Shown here: positions 1 through 9,973 of the stretch, piece after piece
Position numbering within the stretch: the stretch's first letter is position 1
How the letters are laid out: every line of letters starts with the position of its first letter
Assembly (NCBI GenBank): GCA_963822585.1
Contig: CAWGIE010000023.1
Location: 1 to 64,000 of the forward strand
From: an uncultured bacterium
GTDB taxonomy: Bacteria > Auribacterota > Erginobacteria > Erginobacterales > Erginobacteraceae
Length of the DNA: 64,000 nt
Direction of reading: 5' to 3'
Notes under the pieces: model-generated
Databases searched by the model: none
The model's input: the letters and a program-made list of their open reading frames with translations, nothing else
What the model was told of the DNA's origin: nothing
Position numbers and translations under genes: made by a program

Positions 1-282
1 CACCCGATTGAGCGAAGCTCAATCGCCCTCTCCCCCCAAAAGGGTGGAGAGGGAAACGGACTCGAACACTTCGCTTAGCGTGTTCGCAAAGGCACCATTC
101 TCCGTTACCTTGGTGTATCTTAGTGTCTTTGTGCCTTGGTAGAAAAGCAGGGATAAGGGATAAGAGGTAAGGGGTAAGGGGGGAGAACATTAGTTTTCTT
201 GGTGTTTCTTCGTGTCTTAGTGTCTTGGTGGTTATTAAAGGGGGGGGGGCGCGGGGAGGAGGAATTCGCGTAATTCGTAGTT

Positions 283-1164
283 CTATACGGGAAGGGTATT
301 GCCGGCGAGAAAGACGGGGTACTTTTCCGGGAAGGCGGCGCGGGCGGCGGCGGCCAGTTCCCGTCCTTCCTCTTCCGTCTCCAGAAGCCCCACCACCGTC
401 GGGCCGGAGCCGGAGAGGACCGTTCCCAGGGCCCGGCCGCGGCGGAAGAAATCGAGGATCTCGTGAAGCTGCGGGAGGCGGGGTTCCAGGACCTCCTGAA
501 AGAGGTTGTAGAGAGCGTTTCCGAGAGCGGCCAGGTCGGAGCGGCCGAGGGCGGCGATCATCTCTTCCAGTTTCGGGTGCGGGGGCCGGGGGGAGTCGGT
601 CACGGCCAGGGCCTCATAGGCGGCACGGGTGGAAAGGGGGAAGGCCGGGTTCACCAGGACGGCCCAAAACGGCGGGGCCGGGGGAAGAGGCTCGATCTTC
701 TCTCCCCGTCCCCGGCAGAGCGAGGTGCGGGGGTCGAGGAAAAAAGGGACATCGGAGCCGAGTCCGGCCGCCAGACGCGTCATCTCTTCTCCGGGCAGCC
801 GGAGATCCCAGAGATCGTTCAGCGCCCACAGGGTGGCGGCGGCGTTGGCGCTCCCGCCGCCGAGGCCGGCGGCGACCGGCACCCTCTTCTCGATCCTGAT
901 CGCGGCTCCCTTGTCGATCCCGGCCGCCTCCCGAATCGCCCGCACCGCCTGGTAAACGACATTCTCTTCCCCTCCGGGAACCCCCGGGTGGTCGCAGACC
1001 ACCTCGATCTTCCCGGCGGTTTCCTCCAGGTGAAGGGTGTCGGAGAGGTCGAGCGGTTCGATCACGGTCACCACCTCGTGGTAGCCGTCCGGGCGGCGCC
1101 CGATCACGTCCAGAAAGAGATTGAACTTGCAGGGGGAGGTGTAGGTTATCCGGCGAAGGTTCAA
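283..1164 (-). CDS. ispE: 4-diphosphocytidyl-2-C-methyl-D-erythritol kinase
   Basis: N-terminal P-C-K-x-N-L-F-L-D-V-x-G-x-R-x-D-G-Y-H, GHMP kinase loop PVAAGLGGGSANAA, LGSDVPFF and LSGSGPTV motifs; TTG start. Confidence 0.96.
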   Translation of the reverse strand: MNLRRITYTSPCKFNLFLDVIGRRPDGYHEVVTVIEPLDLSDTLHLEETAGKIEVVCDHPGVPGGEENVVYQAVRAIREAAGIDKGAAIRIEKRVPVAAGLGGGSANAAATLWALNDLWDLRLPGEEMTRLAAGLGSDVPFFLDPRTSLCRGRGEKIEPLPPAPPFWAVLVNPAFPLSTRAAYEALAVTDSPRPPHPKLEEMIAALGRSDLAALGNALYNLFQEVLEPRLPQLHEILDFFRRGRALGTVLSGSGPTVVGLLETEEEGRELAAAARAAFPEKYPVFLAGNTLPV

Positions 1165-1212
1165 AACTAAAAGAGATTGCCGTGAGCAATCAAAGGGAAA
1201 GGGTTAAATTAA

Positions 1213-1424
1213 ATGACGAAATCCGAATGACGAAACCCGAAAGAATGACGAAATCCGAATGACGAAACCCGAAAGAATGACGAAATCCGAATGACAAATC
1301 GCGAAGGGGCCACGGCCGGCGTAACTTGCACATTTTTTTGTAGCTTTAAAAGGGGCTGAGGCAGGGTAATTGATCATTCGTCATTTGGATTTCTTTCGGG
1401 TTTCGTCATTCGGATTTCGTCATT
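1213..1424. repeat. MITE-like inverted-repeat element, copy 1 (GAATGACGAAATCC-type arms)
   Basis: Left arm of tandem AATGACGAAA(T/C)CCGA units and complementary right arm TTCGTCATTCGGATTTCG; arms and interior recur at 7204-7425. Confidence 0.85.
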
Positions 1425-2826
1425 CACCCGACATCCCAGTTCGGGCATTTTCAATCTTAACCCGGATCACTTCCGGATCGATCGGGTTAAGCGAGAGAGC
1501 TTTCTGCCATTGCTCGATCGCCGCCGAAAGATCGCCCTTCCGGGCATAAGCGTCTCCCAGGTGGTCGTGACCGGTGGGATCGTCGGAGATGAGGGAGACC
1601 GCCTTCTCCAGCTGTTGCACCGCCTCGTCCGTCATCCCCTTCTGATAATAGACCCACCCCAGGCTGTCGATGTAGGCGCCGTTATCCGGTTCGAACTCGA
1701 GCGCCCGTTTGATCAGTTCCAGCGCCTCATCGAGCTTGATTCCTTTCTCCGCGTACATGTATCCCAGGTAATTGTACGCCTCGGCATTCCGGGGATTAAG
1801 CTCGATCGCCTGTTCAAACTCCCGGACCGCGTCCTCGAAGTCCCCGTTTCTTTCGTAGGCCGCCCCCAGGTTGAAGCAGAGCATGTCGTTGCTCCCGCCC
1901 AGCTCGATGGCTTTTTCGAAGGCCTCGATCGCGGCGGGAAAGTTCTTATCCGCGAGATAGACTGACCCCAGCAGGAAAGAAGCGCTGGCTGACGTCGGCT
2001 CCAGTTCCTGCAGACGGCGGAAGGCGGCAATCGATTCCGGCAACCGGCCGGACGCGTAATAAAGGGTCCCCAGGCGGCGATAGATATTCCCGTTCTGCGG
2101 AGCAAGATCGCGGGCCTTTTCGTATTCGGTGACGGCCGCTTCATCCTGGTTGCTCAGGTCGTAGGCCAGCGCCAGCGCCAAACGAATCTCCAGGGAATCG
2201 GGGACCAGGACTAACGCTTTCTTGAACATCTCGATCGCCGACGGGAAGTCTTCCTTCTTCGTATAGAGCAACCCGATCCGGAACCAGATATCGGCCTGGT
2301 TGGGGGCAACCTCGGCCGCTTTCAGATAGATGGCCAGGGCCGCGGCGTAATCCTCTTGCTGGGTGTAGATGGTGGCCATCAAAAGATAGGGGCTCCGTTC
2401 CTGGGGAGAGATCCGAATGGCTTCCCGGTACTCTTCCAGGGCTTCCTCTTCCCGCCCGGCCTTGTAATAGGCGGTAGCCAGGAGAAAAGCGGCCTGGAAA
2501 GAGTCCGGGTTCATCTCCAGGGCATCGCGCAGTGATTTGATGCTCTCTTCGGTTTTATCCTGACTGAGGAGGATGGAACCGATCTTCAGCGCCGCATCGA
2601 AGGAGGCCGGGTCAAGCTCCAACACCTTCCGGTATTCCTGGAGAGCGGCATCGAACTCCCGATGGTACTCATGGTACACCGCCCGGCAATAGTGAGAATA
2701 CGCCTCCTGCCGGTCGATCTCGAGAGCGGCCGGGGCGGCGGGCACGCTTGAAGAGCTTGAATTAGTCAGGCAACCGGAGAGCAGCGTGAGGACCAGCGCG
2801 CCCGGAATGAGGAGTCTTACACTCAT
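1420..2826 (-). CDS. TPR-repeat lipoprotein
   Basis: Lipobox-like LLSGC after a hydrophobic stretch; many TPR units; C-terminal AYNYLGY...YIDSLGWVYY...DHLGDAY signature. Confidence 0.9.
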   Translation of the reverse strand: MSVRLLIPGALVLTLLSGCLTNSSSSSVPAAPAALEIDRQEAYSHYCRAVYHEYHREFDAALQEYRKVLELDPASFDAALKIGSILLSQDKTEESIKSLRDALEMNPDSFQAAFLLATAYYKAGREEEALEEYREAIRISPQERSPYLLMATIYTQQEDYAAALAIYLKAAEVAPNQADIWFRIGLLYTKKEDFPSAIEMFKKALVLVPDSLEIRLALALAYDLSNQDEAAVTEYEKARDLAPQNGNIYRRLGTLYYASGRLPESIAAFRRLQELEPTSASASFLLGSVYLADKNFPAAIEAFEKAIELGGSNDMLCFNLGAAYERNGDFEDAVREFEQAIELNPRNAEAYNYLGYMYAEKGIKLDEALELIKRALEFEPDNGAYIDSLGWVYYQKGMTDEAVQQLEKAVSLISDDPTGHDHLGDAYARKGDLSAAIEQWQKALSLNPIDPEVIRVKIENARTGMSGE

Positions 2827-2996
2827 TTCTTCTTCTTATGACGATCTCTTCGCAGCCGTTTTTTTCTTTTGTGTTTGGCGATCTTCGTCTTCCGTTTCTT
2901 CCGTCCCGAAGGCATAAGAAATACTCCTCTTGGTTTCCAGACATTATTTGACTGAATATAAGCTCGATTCTAATGAATTAATATACCACACTCTTA

Positions 2997-3168
2997 AATC
3001 CCAAATAACAAATTCCAGATAACAAATAAATTCCAAATTACAAATTCCAATATTCAAACTCGCTTGAGCCGCTCGGTCCTACCCGGCGGGCGCCGGATTT
3101 TCTGGTTCGTGATTTGGTTATTGGATATTGTTATTTATTTGCAATTTGGGCAATGGCGATTTGGGATT
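2997..3168. repeat. AT-rich imperfect inverted repeat with heptamer-periodic arms and no ORF cargo
   Basis: AAATCCCAAATAACAAATTCC... (2997-3059) pairs imperfectly with ...ATTTGGGATT (3108-3168); same style as the arms flanking 32800-33159. Confidence 0.7.
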
Positions 3169-3215
3169 AATTTTATAATTGCCACTGGCAAGTATTTTTT
3201 ATACCAAACCGCAAC

Positions 3216-4121
3216 TCAAATCACGATCTTGTTCAAGGGATACTCAATGATCCCCTGGGCGCCGGCCTGCTTCAGGTCGGGGATCAGTTCCCTCACCCGC
3301 TTCTCCTCGATAATGACTTCAACCGCCACCCAGTTCTGATCGATCTGGTCGGAGATGGTGGGAGAATGCAGAGCGGGAAGAAGTCCCAGGATTTTTTTCA
3401 GGTCATCACGGCGAACATTCATCTTGATCCCGACTTTCCCCTGGGCCTGGATGGCCCCCTGGAGGAGAAGAGCGATATTCTCCAGCTTGCGGCGCTGGCG
3501 CGGATTCTCCCAGACGGCCCGGTTGGCGATAAAACGGGTGGTACTCTCCAGCACCGTTTCCACGATCCGGAGGTTATTGGCCCGCAACGACGAACCGGTC
3601 TCGGTCAGCTCGACAATCCCATCCACCAGCTGGGGCGGCTTCACTTCCGTCGCGCCCCAGGAGAACTCCACCTCGCAGTCGATTCCGCGGGCGGAAAAAA
3701 ATTCACGGGTCAGGCTGACCACTTCGGTGGCTATCCTCTTTCCGGCCAGGTCCTCGGGACGGGTGAACGGCGAATCCGCCGGCACCGCCAGCACCCACCT
3801 GACCGGGCGAAACCCGACCTTGGCATACACCAGATCGGCAATTTCCCGCACATCCGCGCCGCTTTCCCTGATCCAGTCCAACCCGGTTATTCCGGCGTCG
3901 ATCGCACCGTTCTCGACGTATCGCGGTATCTCCTGGGCCCGGATCAGCACCGCTTCTATCTCCGGATCGTCCAGCTGCGGATAATAAGACCGGCTGCCGA
4001 CCGAGATGGGATAACCGGCTCTCCGGAAGAGATCGAAGGTCGATTCCTGCAGGCTCCCCTTGGGCAAACCAATTTTGATTATCGCTCCGGCTCCGTTCGG
4101 ATTATTTCTCTGTGTATCCAT
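3216..4121 (-). CDS. hisG: ATP phosphoribosyltransferase (long form)
   Basis: [43 protein letters not shown] and C-terminal regulatory domain with SPTIS. Confidence 0.97.
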   Translation of the reverse strand: MDTQRNNPNGAGAIIKIGLPKGSLQESTFDLFRRAGYPISVGSRSYYPQLDDPEIEAVLIRAQEIPRYVENGAIDAGITGLDWIRESGADVREIADLVYAKVGFRPVRWVLAVPADSPFTRPEDLAGKRIATEVVSLTREFFSARGIDCEVEFSWGATEVKPPQLVDGIVELTETGSSLRANNLRIVETVLESTTRFIANRAVWENPRQRRKLENIALLLQGAIQAQGKVGIKMNVRRDDLKKILGLLPALHSPTISDQIDQNWVAVEVIIEEKRVRELIPDLKQAGAQGIIEYPLNKIVI

Positions 4122-4147
4122 AAATTAACGCTTTCGGCGCATTTTTT

Positions 4148-4238
4148 AACCACGAAGGACACGAAGATCACGAAGGGATTTTGTAAAAATAATAATACGT
4201 TTCCCCTATCTTCTTCGTGTACTTCGTGTTCTTGGTGG
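4148..4238. repeat. 9-mer-periodic inverted repeat pair (ACCACGAAGGACACGAAG family)
   Basis: Left AACCACGAAGGACACGAAGATCACGAAGG, right CTTCGTGTACTTCGTGTTCTTGGTGG. Confidence 0.8.
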
Positions 4239-4471
4239 CGAGTATCTTTTTTTCACCGTTTTTGAAATTCGGAAGCAGCAAGTTATAGTGACGGCAATAA
4301 CAGTCCCGATTTACTGTTGAAGCGTCAATCAAAGCATGCTGGCAACTGTCCCATCAATTCACGAACAAAGTGAGTGAATTGATTATGCTTATTATTATCT
4401 TCCCGGCCGCAATTACGCAACTATTTTAATTTCGTCATTCTCCGCCCGGGGTACGGCGGAGATATTTTTTC

Positions 4472-4500
4472 TTGACTACCGCGGGGCGGGCGGGTATGAA
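4472..4500 (+). promoter_or_regulatory. possible sigma70 promoter
   Basis: TTGACT-17 bp-TATGAA upstream of the ORF at 4567; the -10 element is weak. Confidence 0.35.
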
Positions 4501-4566
4501 TTAGACGATCATCTTATAGACGCATTGTTCGATAAAAAGGCAACGGCAAACAGAAGGAGGGCATTT

Positions 4567-5685
4567 ATGGCTGCAGACGCGAAAGGATCGGTATTAACCC
4601 AGAGACTGCTGGAACTCACGTGGAAACCGGGCAAGATCTGCCTCCAGACCGGTACCCTGATCGTGGCTTACTTTGTCCTTCTGATCGCCCGCTGGATCGC
4701 GCCGGAAGCGGTAGGAGCGACCTGGTTCGCGGCGGTAATCAACTTTATCGGTGAAGTCGTCGCTTATTTCATTGTCCTGCTCGGGATGACCGCGGTGGCG
4801 AAGATGACGCTGGCGGATCTGAAAGGAGAAGGTGAAATACCCGCCCGGGCGGCGCTGGGAGCGGCAACCGGCAAACTGAAGGATATTATCTCCTCCCCGA
4901 TCAAGATTTTCGCTATTTTTGCCGGGCTGGTTATTTTCCACGTGGTTATCGACCTCGTGGGCAAAATCCCCTTTATCGGGGAACTCTGTTGGATGTTCTC
5001 TCCGCTGATTACGTTCCCTCTCGGCATCGCCATGGTGGCAGCCATCCTGATCCTGATCTTCGGGGCGATGGTTTTGCCCACCATCATCATGCTCGGCAAG
5101 GAAGGACCCGTCAGCGAGCTGATCGATTTCCTCCGGAAGAACACCATCAAGTTCGCGGGCCACTTTCTGATCGCCCTGGTGGTCGCGATCATTACCCTGG
5201 TCGTGCTGGTCTGGGCCATCGAACTGAGCAATGACGTCTCCCACGCCATCATGAGGGAGAAGTTCGTTTATATTCAGAACCTGGTCCCCGAATGGCTCCA
5301 GCATGCCCCCGGTTTCTCGAACATATCCGGCACCTTCTACGCGAAAATGGCGGTGTGGAAGGGGATGGTCCCGGCGTTGAATCCGATAACCAACCCCAAG
5401 GCTTTTCGCTGGACCGAATACCTGGCGGGGTTGATCTTCGGCATCATCATGTGGCTGATCCAGATGGGGATCTGGGGTTTTATCGTGGTTAACTTCGGCG
5501 TCGCCGGAACCTTGTCGTACGTGGGGTTGACCGGCACCACCGAAGAAGAACCGGGAGTGGAGGAAGTGGTGGTGGAAGAGACGGAGGCGAAGAAAGCCCC
5601 CGAGAAAAAAGCCCCGCCCAGAAAGAAGAAAGAAGAAAAGAAAGAAGTGAAGGAAGATAAAAAAGAAGAACCGGAAAAGAAATAA
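4567..5685 (+). CDS. multi-pass membrane protein of unknown function with a K/E-rich C-terminal tail
   Basis: ATG at 4567 after AAGGAGG; about 6-7 hydrophobic segments; charged tail. Confidence 0.8.
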   Translation: MAADAKGSVLTQRLLELTWKPGKICLQTGTLIVAYFVLLIARWIAPEAVGATWFAAVINFIGEVVAYFIVLLGMTAVAKMTLADLKGEGEIPARAALGAATGKLKDIISSPIKIFAIFAGLVIFHVVIDLVGKIPFIGELCWMFSPLITFPLGIAMVAAILILIFGAMVLPTIIMLGKEGPVSELIDFLRKNTIKFAGHFLIALVVAIITLVVLVWAIELSNDVSHAIMREKFVYIQNLVPEWLQHAPGFSNISGTFYAKMAVWKGMVPALNPITNPKAFRWTEYLAGLIFGIIMWLIQMGIWGFIVVNFGVAGTLSYVGLTGTTEEEPGVEEVVVEETEAKKAPEKKAPPRKKKEEKKEVKEDKKEEPEKK

Positions 5686-5693
5686 CGACCCCC

Positions 5694-5731
5694 AAAAAGC
5701 CCCCCGATCAAAGATCGGGGGGCTTTTTTTT
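5694..5731 (+). terminator. rho-independent terminator, probably bidirectional
   Basis: AAAAAGCCCCCCGATC-AAA-GATCGGGGGGCTTTTTTTT directly after the stop codon. Confidence 0.9.
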
Positions 5732-5834
5732 GTCATCCTCCGACGGATCGGTCCAAGCCGTCAATCCCTCTTGCTGCTGCCAAGCTGGATTCCGGTTTCG
5801 GAATTTCAAAGGAAGAGCAATCCGGTAGTGTAGT

Positions 5835-6016
5835 ATCGTCCTTCACTCCGTTCAGGACTTGCAGGATCAGAATGCCTTCGGCATTCTTTGTAGGAATTGT
5901 AGGATCGCTTCCTGCCTCCCGGCAGGCAGGCGCTTGAGGGCCGGCAAGCCTTGCCTCCGGCAAGGCGATACTAATTACTACATCTACTACAAGTCCTGAA
6001 CAGAGTGAAGGACGAT
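5835..6016. repeat. 27-bp inverted repeat pair enclosing small palindromes
   Basis: ATCGTCCTTCACTCCGTTCAGGACTTG (5835-5861) and CAAGTCCTGAACAGAGTGAAGGACGAT (5990-6016), one mismatch. Confidence 0.75.
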
Positions 6017-6043
6017 CCTGCATAAATTTGCGAACGCAGCGAG

Positions 6044-7147
6044 CTAATTTATTTTAAACAGGTCCCGATAACTGAGCTCCCCCTGCACCACCGCCATCGC
6101 CTTCCTGATCCGGACATCGTCGCGATGGGCCACAGCAAACATCTTCCGGGGGAAGAGGCCGGTCAGCCGGGATAACCCGGAGGCTATCAACAGATTCACT
6201 CCCAGAGTCTTTCGGACCATGGTCCGGTAAGAGGCCAGAGGCGCGTGGCCGGAGAGATACGCCGTTATCGCCCGGGCGGCCAACTGCCCGCTCACGATCG
6301 CCTGATAGATGCCTTCACCGGTCAGCCGGTCGGTCAGGCCGGCCGCGTCCCCGGCCAGGAGACAGTTTCCTTTTACAATACCGAAAGGGAGCAGGTTAAA
6401 TGCCAGCGCGCTTCCCCTGACAGCGCCCGGGGGAAGCTCCTCCGTCAGCCCTTCTCTCCGCAGATAGTCCCGGAGACAGCCTCTCAATTTCCGGAACGAT
6501 ACGCGCCGGGTCGCCACCCCCACGTTCAAACCGTCCCGGAAGGGAAAGATCCACCCGTAGCCGCCGGGCACCGCGCCCAGATCGACGAAGAGCATCCCTT
6601 TTTTCTTTTCAATGATATCCGGAGAAGGCGCCAGCCGGGTCTCCAGGGCGAAGCCGAATCGCATCAGGCGGTCCGCTCCGAGGAGGGAGCCGACGCGGCT
6701 CCGGGCGCCGTCGGCGCCGATCAGTGTCCGCCCCCGGAATGTCCCCTCTGTGGTAGTCACTTGAGTTATGTCGCGGTCGGTCTCCAGACCGATGAACCCG
6801 CACCCTTCTCTGACATCGGCGCCGGCGGTCTCGGCCCGGCGGAGGAGAAGGTAATCGAAGTCCTCCCTCTTCACCACCCAGCCCAGCGGCCTGTTTTCCG
6901 TCACGGCGCGGGGGCGGCTCCCCTGCCAGCTGACAACCAGACCTCGCACCGGGGCCGCACCGCAGGAGGCGGGATCGAGATCGAGAAGCACGCTCACCTT
7001 GCGGGGGATGCCCCCGGCACAGCATTTATAACGTGGCATCTTTTCCTTTTCCAGAAGGAGGACCGCGAGACCGGAACGGGCCATCACCTCTGCGGCACTG
7101 GAGCCGGCCGGTCCTCCCCCAACCACGATGGCGTCATAGATCGACAT
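6044..7147 (-). CDS. geranylgeranyl reductase-family FAD-dependent oxidoreductase
   Basis: VVGGGPAGS, PRYKCCAGG, IGADGARS, GYGWIFP and GDAAGLTDRLTGEGIYQA motifs. Confidence 0.9.
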   Translation of the reverse strand: MSIYDAIVVGGGPAGSSAAEVMARSGLAVLLLEKEKMPRYKCCAGGIPRKVSVLLDLDPASCGAAPVRGLVVSWQGSRPRAVTENRPLGWVVKREDFDYLLLRRAETAGADVREGCGFIGLETDRDITQVTTTEGTFRGRTLIGADGARSRVGSLLGADRLMRFGFALETRLAPSPDIIEKKKGMLFVDLGAVPGGYGWIFPFRDGLNVGVATRRVSFRKLRGCLRDYLRREGLTEELPPGAVRGSALAFNLLPFGIVKGNCLLAGDAAGLTDRLTGEGIYQAIVSGQLAARAITAYLSGHAPLASYRTMVRKTLGVNLLIASGLSRLTGLFPRKMFAVAHRDDVRIRKAMAVVQGELSYRDLFKIN

Positions 7148-7203
7148 GATAATAAGATTCTATATACGATCCGAAAAATGAACTTAGACAACCTCTGTAT
7201 AAA

Positions 7204-7425
7204 AATGACGAAATCCGAATGACGAATGACTAAAGAATGACGAAAACCGAATGACGAATTGCGAAGAGGCCCCGGCCGGCGTAATTTTCACATCTTTTTG
7301 CAGCTTTTAAAGGAGCTGAGGCAGGGTGATTGATCATTCGTCATTTGGATTTCTTTCGGGTTTCGTCATTCGGATTTCGATATTCTTTCGTCTTTCTTTC
7401 GTCATTAGAGTTTCGGAATTCGGAT
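7204..7425. repeat. MITE-like inverted-repeat element, copy 2
   Basis: Same arms and near-identical interior (GGCCGGCGTAA...GCTGAGGCAGGGT) as 1213-1424; the right arm lies inside the 3' end of ORF 7341-7889. Confidence 0.85.
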
Positions 7426-7889
7426 TTTTCCTGTTTCCCTCGCTCTTTCTTCCACAAGCTGAAACCGAGCACGGCCAGAACAATCATCGCGGTATAGGGC
7501 AGAAAACGGATCGAGTCCTCCGGCCAGAATAACCCCAGGGAGAATGTTTTCAGAGAGACGGGGAAGAACCAGAGATATCCTCCGACCAGATGCATCTGGC
7601 CGGCATCCATAAGCAAATGAACGAAACCGCCCGCCAGGAGAAGCCAGAAGACCGCCTTTCTCTGATCGAGGCGGAAGAAGAGGCTGATCAGCCAGCAGAT
7701 CAGAAAGACCCCGAACGGGCAGTGAAAGGCCTGGGTGGCGGGGAGGAGTTTGGGCCAGATGATATGCAGCGGCCGGGAGACCAGGTCCGGCAGCAGGGCG
7801 CCCAGATAAAAAAGGACGGCATAGCGGGTGATCCTCACCCCCTTTTTTACCAAATAAGCGCCGGCAATATGTGTGACCAGATCGGGCAT
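7341..7889 (-). CDS. membrane-bound metal-dependent hydrolase (YdjM-like)
   Basis: PDLVTH, GALLPDL, FH and HLLMD motifs with TM segments; the last ~25 aa are repeat-derived. Confidence 0.75.
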   Translation of the reverse strand: MPDLVTHIAGAYLVKKGVRITRYAVLFYLGALLPDLVSRPLHIIWPKLLPATQAFHCPFGVFLICWLISLFFRLDQRKAVFWLLLAGGFVHLLMDAGQMHLVGGYLWFFPVSLKTFSLGLFWPEDSIRFLPYTAMIVLAVLGFSLWKKERGKQEKSEFRNSNDERKTKEYRNPNDETRKKSK

Positions 7890-7956
7890 GGCAGCTTCGA
7901 CAACATAGTACCTTGTTTTTATCTCTTAAAAAACCGAGGCCAATTAGCTTTTGCCG

Positions 7957-8045
7957 GATGGAGTAATGGAGTATTGGAGTGATGGAGTAATCGCGGGGCG
8001 GCTTCCACCACTCCATCACTCCATTACTCCACCACTCCATTATTC
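7957..8045. repeat. 8-mer-periodic inverted repeat (GGAGTAAT / ATTACTCC)
   Basis: GGAGTAATGGAGTATTGGAGTGATGGAGTAAT versus CCACTCCATCACTCCATTACTCC; partial copies near 20537-20610, 27730-27760 and 54850-54915. Confidence 0.75.
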
Positions 8046-8530
8046 ACTTCCCTCACCACTTCCTTAATAACCAATCTCCCGTTTTCCCAGCGGACGGCGA
8101 CGGCCAGCAGGATGCCGACGACGATCACCGGGAAAATCGAGATGATGATCTTCATTTTTCTCAAACGGGCGCTCCGAAACGCCTTCAACTCCAGGTAACC
8201 GGGGAGGCGAAAGACGGTAACGGCTTCCAGGGACTGCCCCGGTTTCACGTCCTCCAGGGAAGTGCCGGCCGGAACCATCCCGTCGAAACCGGGGGGAATC
8301 ACGACATCGAGGGGGCCGTCCGGCTGAGAGATCCGGATCAGGTCGGGGGTTATCTCAAGGACATGAGCTTCCAGGAAAATAGGCACCTCCTTCCCGTTAC
8401 AGCCTTCGGGGTCGGCCAGGCACCGTGAGAAAGTCAGTATATTCTGGGACGCGGAGGCATACCAGGCGAGCAGGATCAGGAGCATTAAAAGCCCCGCGAT
8501 TTTTAACGTTCGGTATCGGTCGGAAAACAT
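8024..8530 (-). CDS. hypothetical membrane protein (N- and C-terminal TM helices)
   Basis: ATG after AAGGA; two hydrophobic ends; co-oriented with the next two genes. Confidence 0.7.
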   Translation of the reverse strand: MFSDRYRTLKIAGLLMLLILLAWYASASQNILTFSRCLADPEGCNGKEVPIFLEAHVLEITPDLIRISQPDGPLDVVIPPGFDGMVPAGTSLEDVKPGQSLEAVTVFRLPGYLELKAFRSARLRKMKIIISIFPVIVVGILLAVAVRWENGRLVIKEVVREVNNGVVE

Positions 8531-8732
8531 CCTTTACGCCTCGCCGGTTTTCATGAGGAAACCCCATCTTGTATAAAATTATCTGTCTGTCCGGCAAGAA
8601 ATAATCTACAAGAGATTGTTCCTTTATGGCAGTATATTCTTATTTTTCCGCGAAAAATAAGAGTGCGCAAGCGTTGATGCGATATTATGGAATTAACTTA
8701 TAAATTTGCGAGCGAAGCGAGCTAATTTATAA

Positions 8733-9920
8733 ATGAGGATCCTTCTTATTACCTCGGATCTCCCCTCGCCGGAAGCGTTCCACGGAGGAGGGCAGCATTC
8801 CTTCCGTTGGGTCAGGGAGCTTTCCGACCGGCACTCTTTTTCCCTCCTCTCCTTCGCGCGCGGCCAAGACGCCCCCCTGATCCCGGCGGCGGACGGTAGC
8901 TTCGAGGAAATCCGGACCGTTCCCGCGGAGCGAGGCCTCTGGAACCGGATCGGCCGGGCGCCGATCCTTCTCTCCCGCCCCTTTCCGGTTGCCGCCACCT
9001 ATTCAAGAGAATTACTCCGGCAACTGCGGACCATGATCAAGGAGGGATCTTTCGACTGTCTCCAGTTTGAGCATTTCCACATGGGGCAGTACGCCCGGTT
9101 GATAGAGACTGAAATCCCCCGAGTCCTGGTCATGCAGGACGTGGCCAGCGACGTTCTCCGGCAGCAGGTCCGGATTGCGGGCGGTCTGAAAAAACAGTAC
9201 TATTACCGCGAATGGAAGCTGAGCCGGTACTGGGAGAAGTGGTATTCGATCTGGTGCGGGAACGTCTTTGTCATGTCGTTAAAAGACAAACGCACGGTCG
9301 ATTCCTGGGATATCGGGGTCGGGACCTTTATCATGCCCCCGCTCCTCGACGGGGGACTCCTCCGGAGACCGGAAGAGAAGAGAGAGCCGGCCACCATCCT
9401 TTTCGTCGGCGCCATGCACCGGAACGGCAACCGGGACGCGGTGATCCGGCTGAAGAAGGAGATCATGCCGCTGGTCCGGAAAGAATTCCCGGGGGCACGG
9501 TGCCTGGTGGTGGGGGCCGATCCCCCGGCCGCGATCCGGGCGCTTTCCTCCGAGGATTTTATCGTCACCGGGCCGGTGGAGCGGATCGAACCCTATCTCT
9601 TGACCGCGTCGCTGCTGGCGGTACCTCTCCGGATCTCGGGAGGAATTATACTGAAGATAATCCAGGCGATGACGGCCGGCTGCCCGGTCGTGGCCAGTCG
9701 CCCGGCCAATGCCGGGATCGGCGCCCGGGATGATAAACAGATTCTGATCGCCGACCGGACAGAGGACTTCGCCGGCGCGGTCATCCGGCTCTTGAAGGAT
9801 CCCGACCGGGCCCGGCGGCTGGGACGGGCGGGGAAGAAATGGGCGAAGCGGGAGTTCAGCCGGGAAAAAGGCCGGGCCAAGATGGAGAAGGCGTACCAGT
9901 GCATAGTCAACGAGAAGTGA
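8733..9920 (+). CDS. glycosyltransferase family 4
   Basis: MRILLIT start, ILFVGAMH...N.DAV and VPLRISGGIILKIIQAM..GCPVV GT-B motifs. Confidence 0.9.
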   Translation: MRILLITSDLPSPEAFHGGGQHSFRWVRELSDRHSFSLLSFARGQDAPLIPAADGSFEEIRTVPAERGLWNRIGRAPILLSRPFPVAATYSRELLRQLRTMIKEGSFDCLQFEHFHMGQYARLIETEIPRVLVMQDVASDVLRQQVRIAGGLKKQYYYREWKLSRYWEKWYSIWCGNVFVMSLKDKRTVDSWDIGVGTFIMPPLLDGGLLRRPEEKREPATILFVGAMHRNGNRDAVIRLKKEIMPLVRKEFPGARCLVVGADPPAAIRALSSEDFIVTGPVERIEPYLLTASLLAVPLRISGGIILKIIQAMTAGCPVVASRPANAGIGARDDKQILIADRTEDFAGAVIRLLKDPDRARRLGRAGKKWAKREFSREKGRAKMEKAYQCIVNEK

Positions 9921-9973
9921 AAAAAAAAGGTTCCCTTCCATTTTGTGTGGGTACCCATATTTTATCTATTATT

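Noticed and set aside
1..280. Coding sequence at the window start
   Set aside because: Composed of REP-like hairpins, 9-mer half-arms and GGGATAA heptamers; ORF 225-899 is an antisense shadow of ispE.
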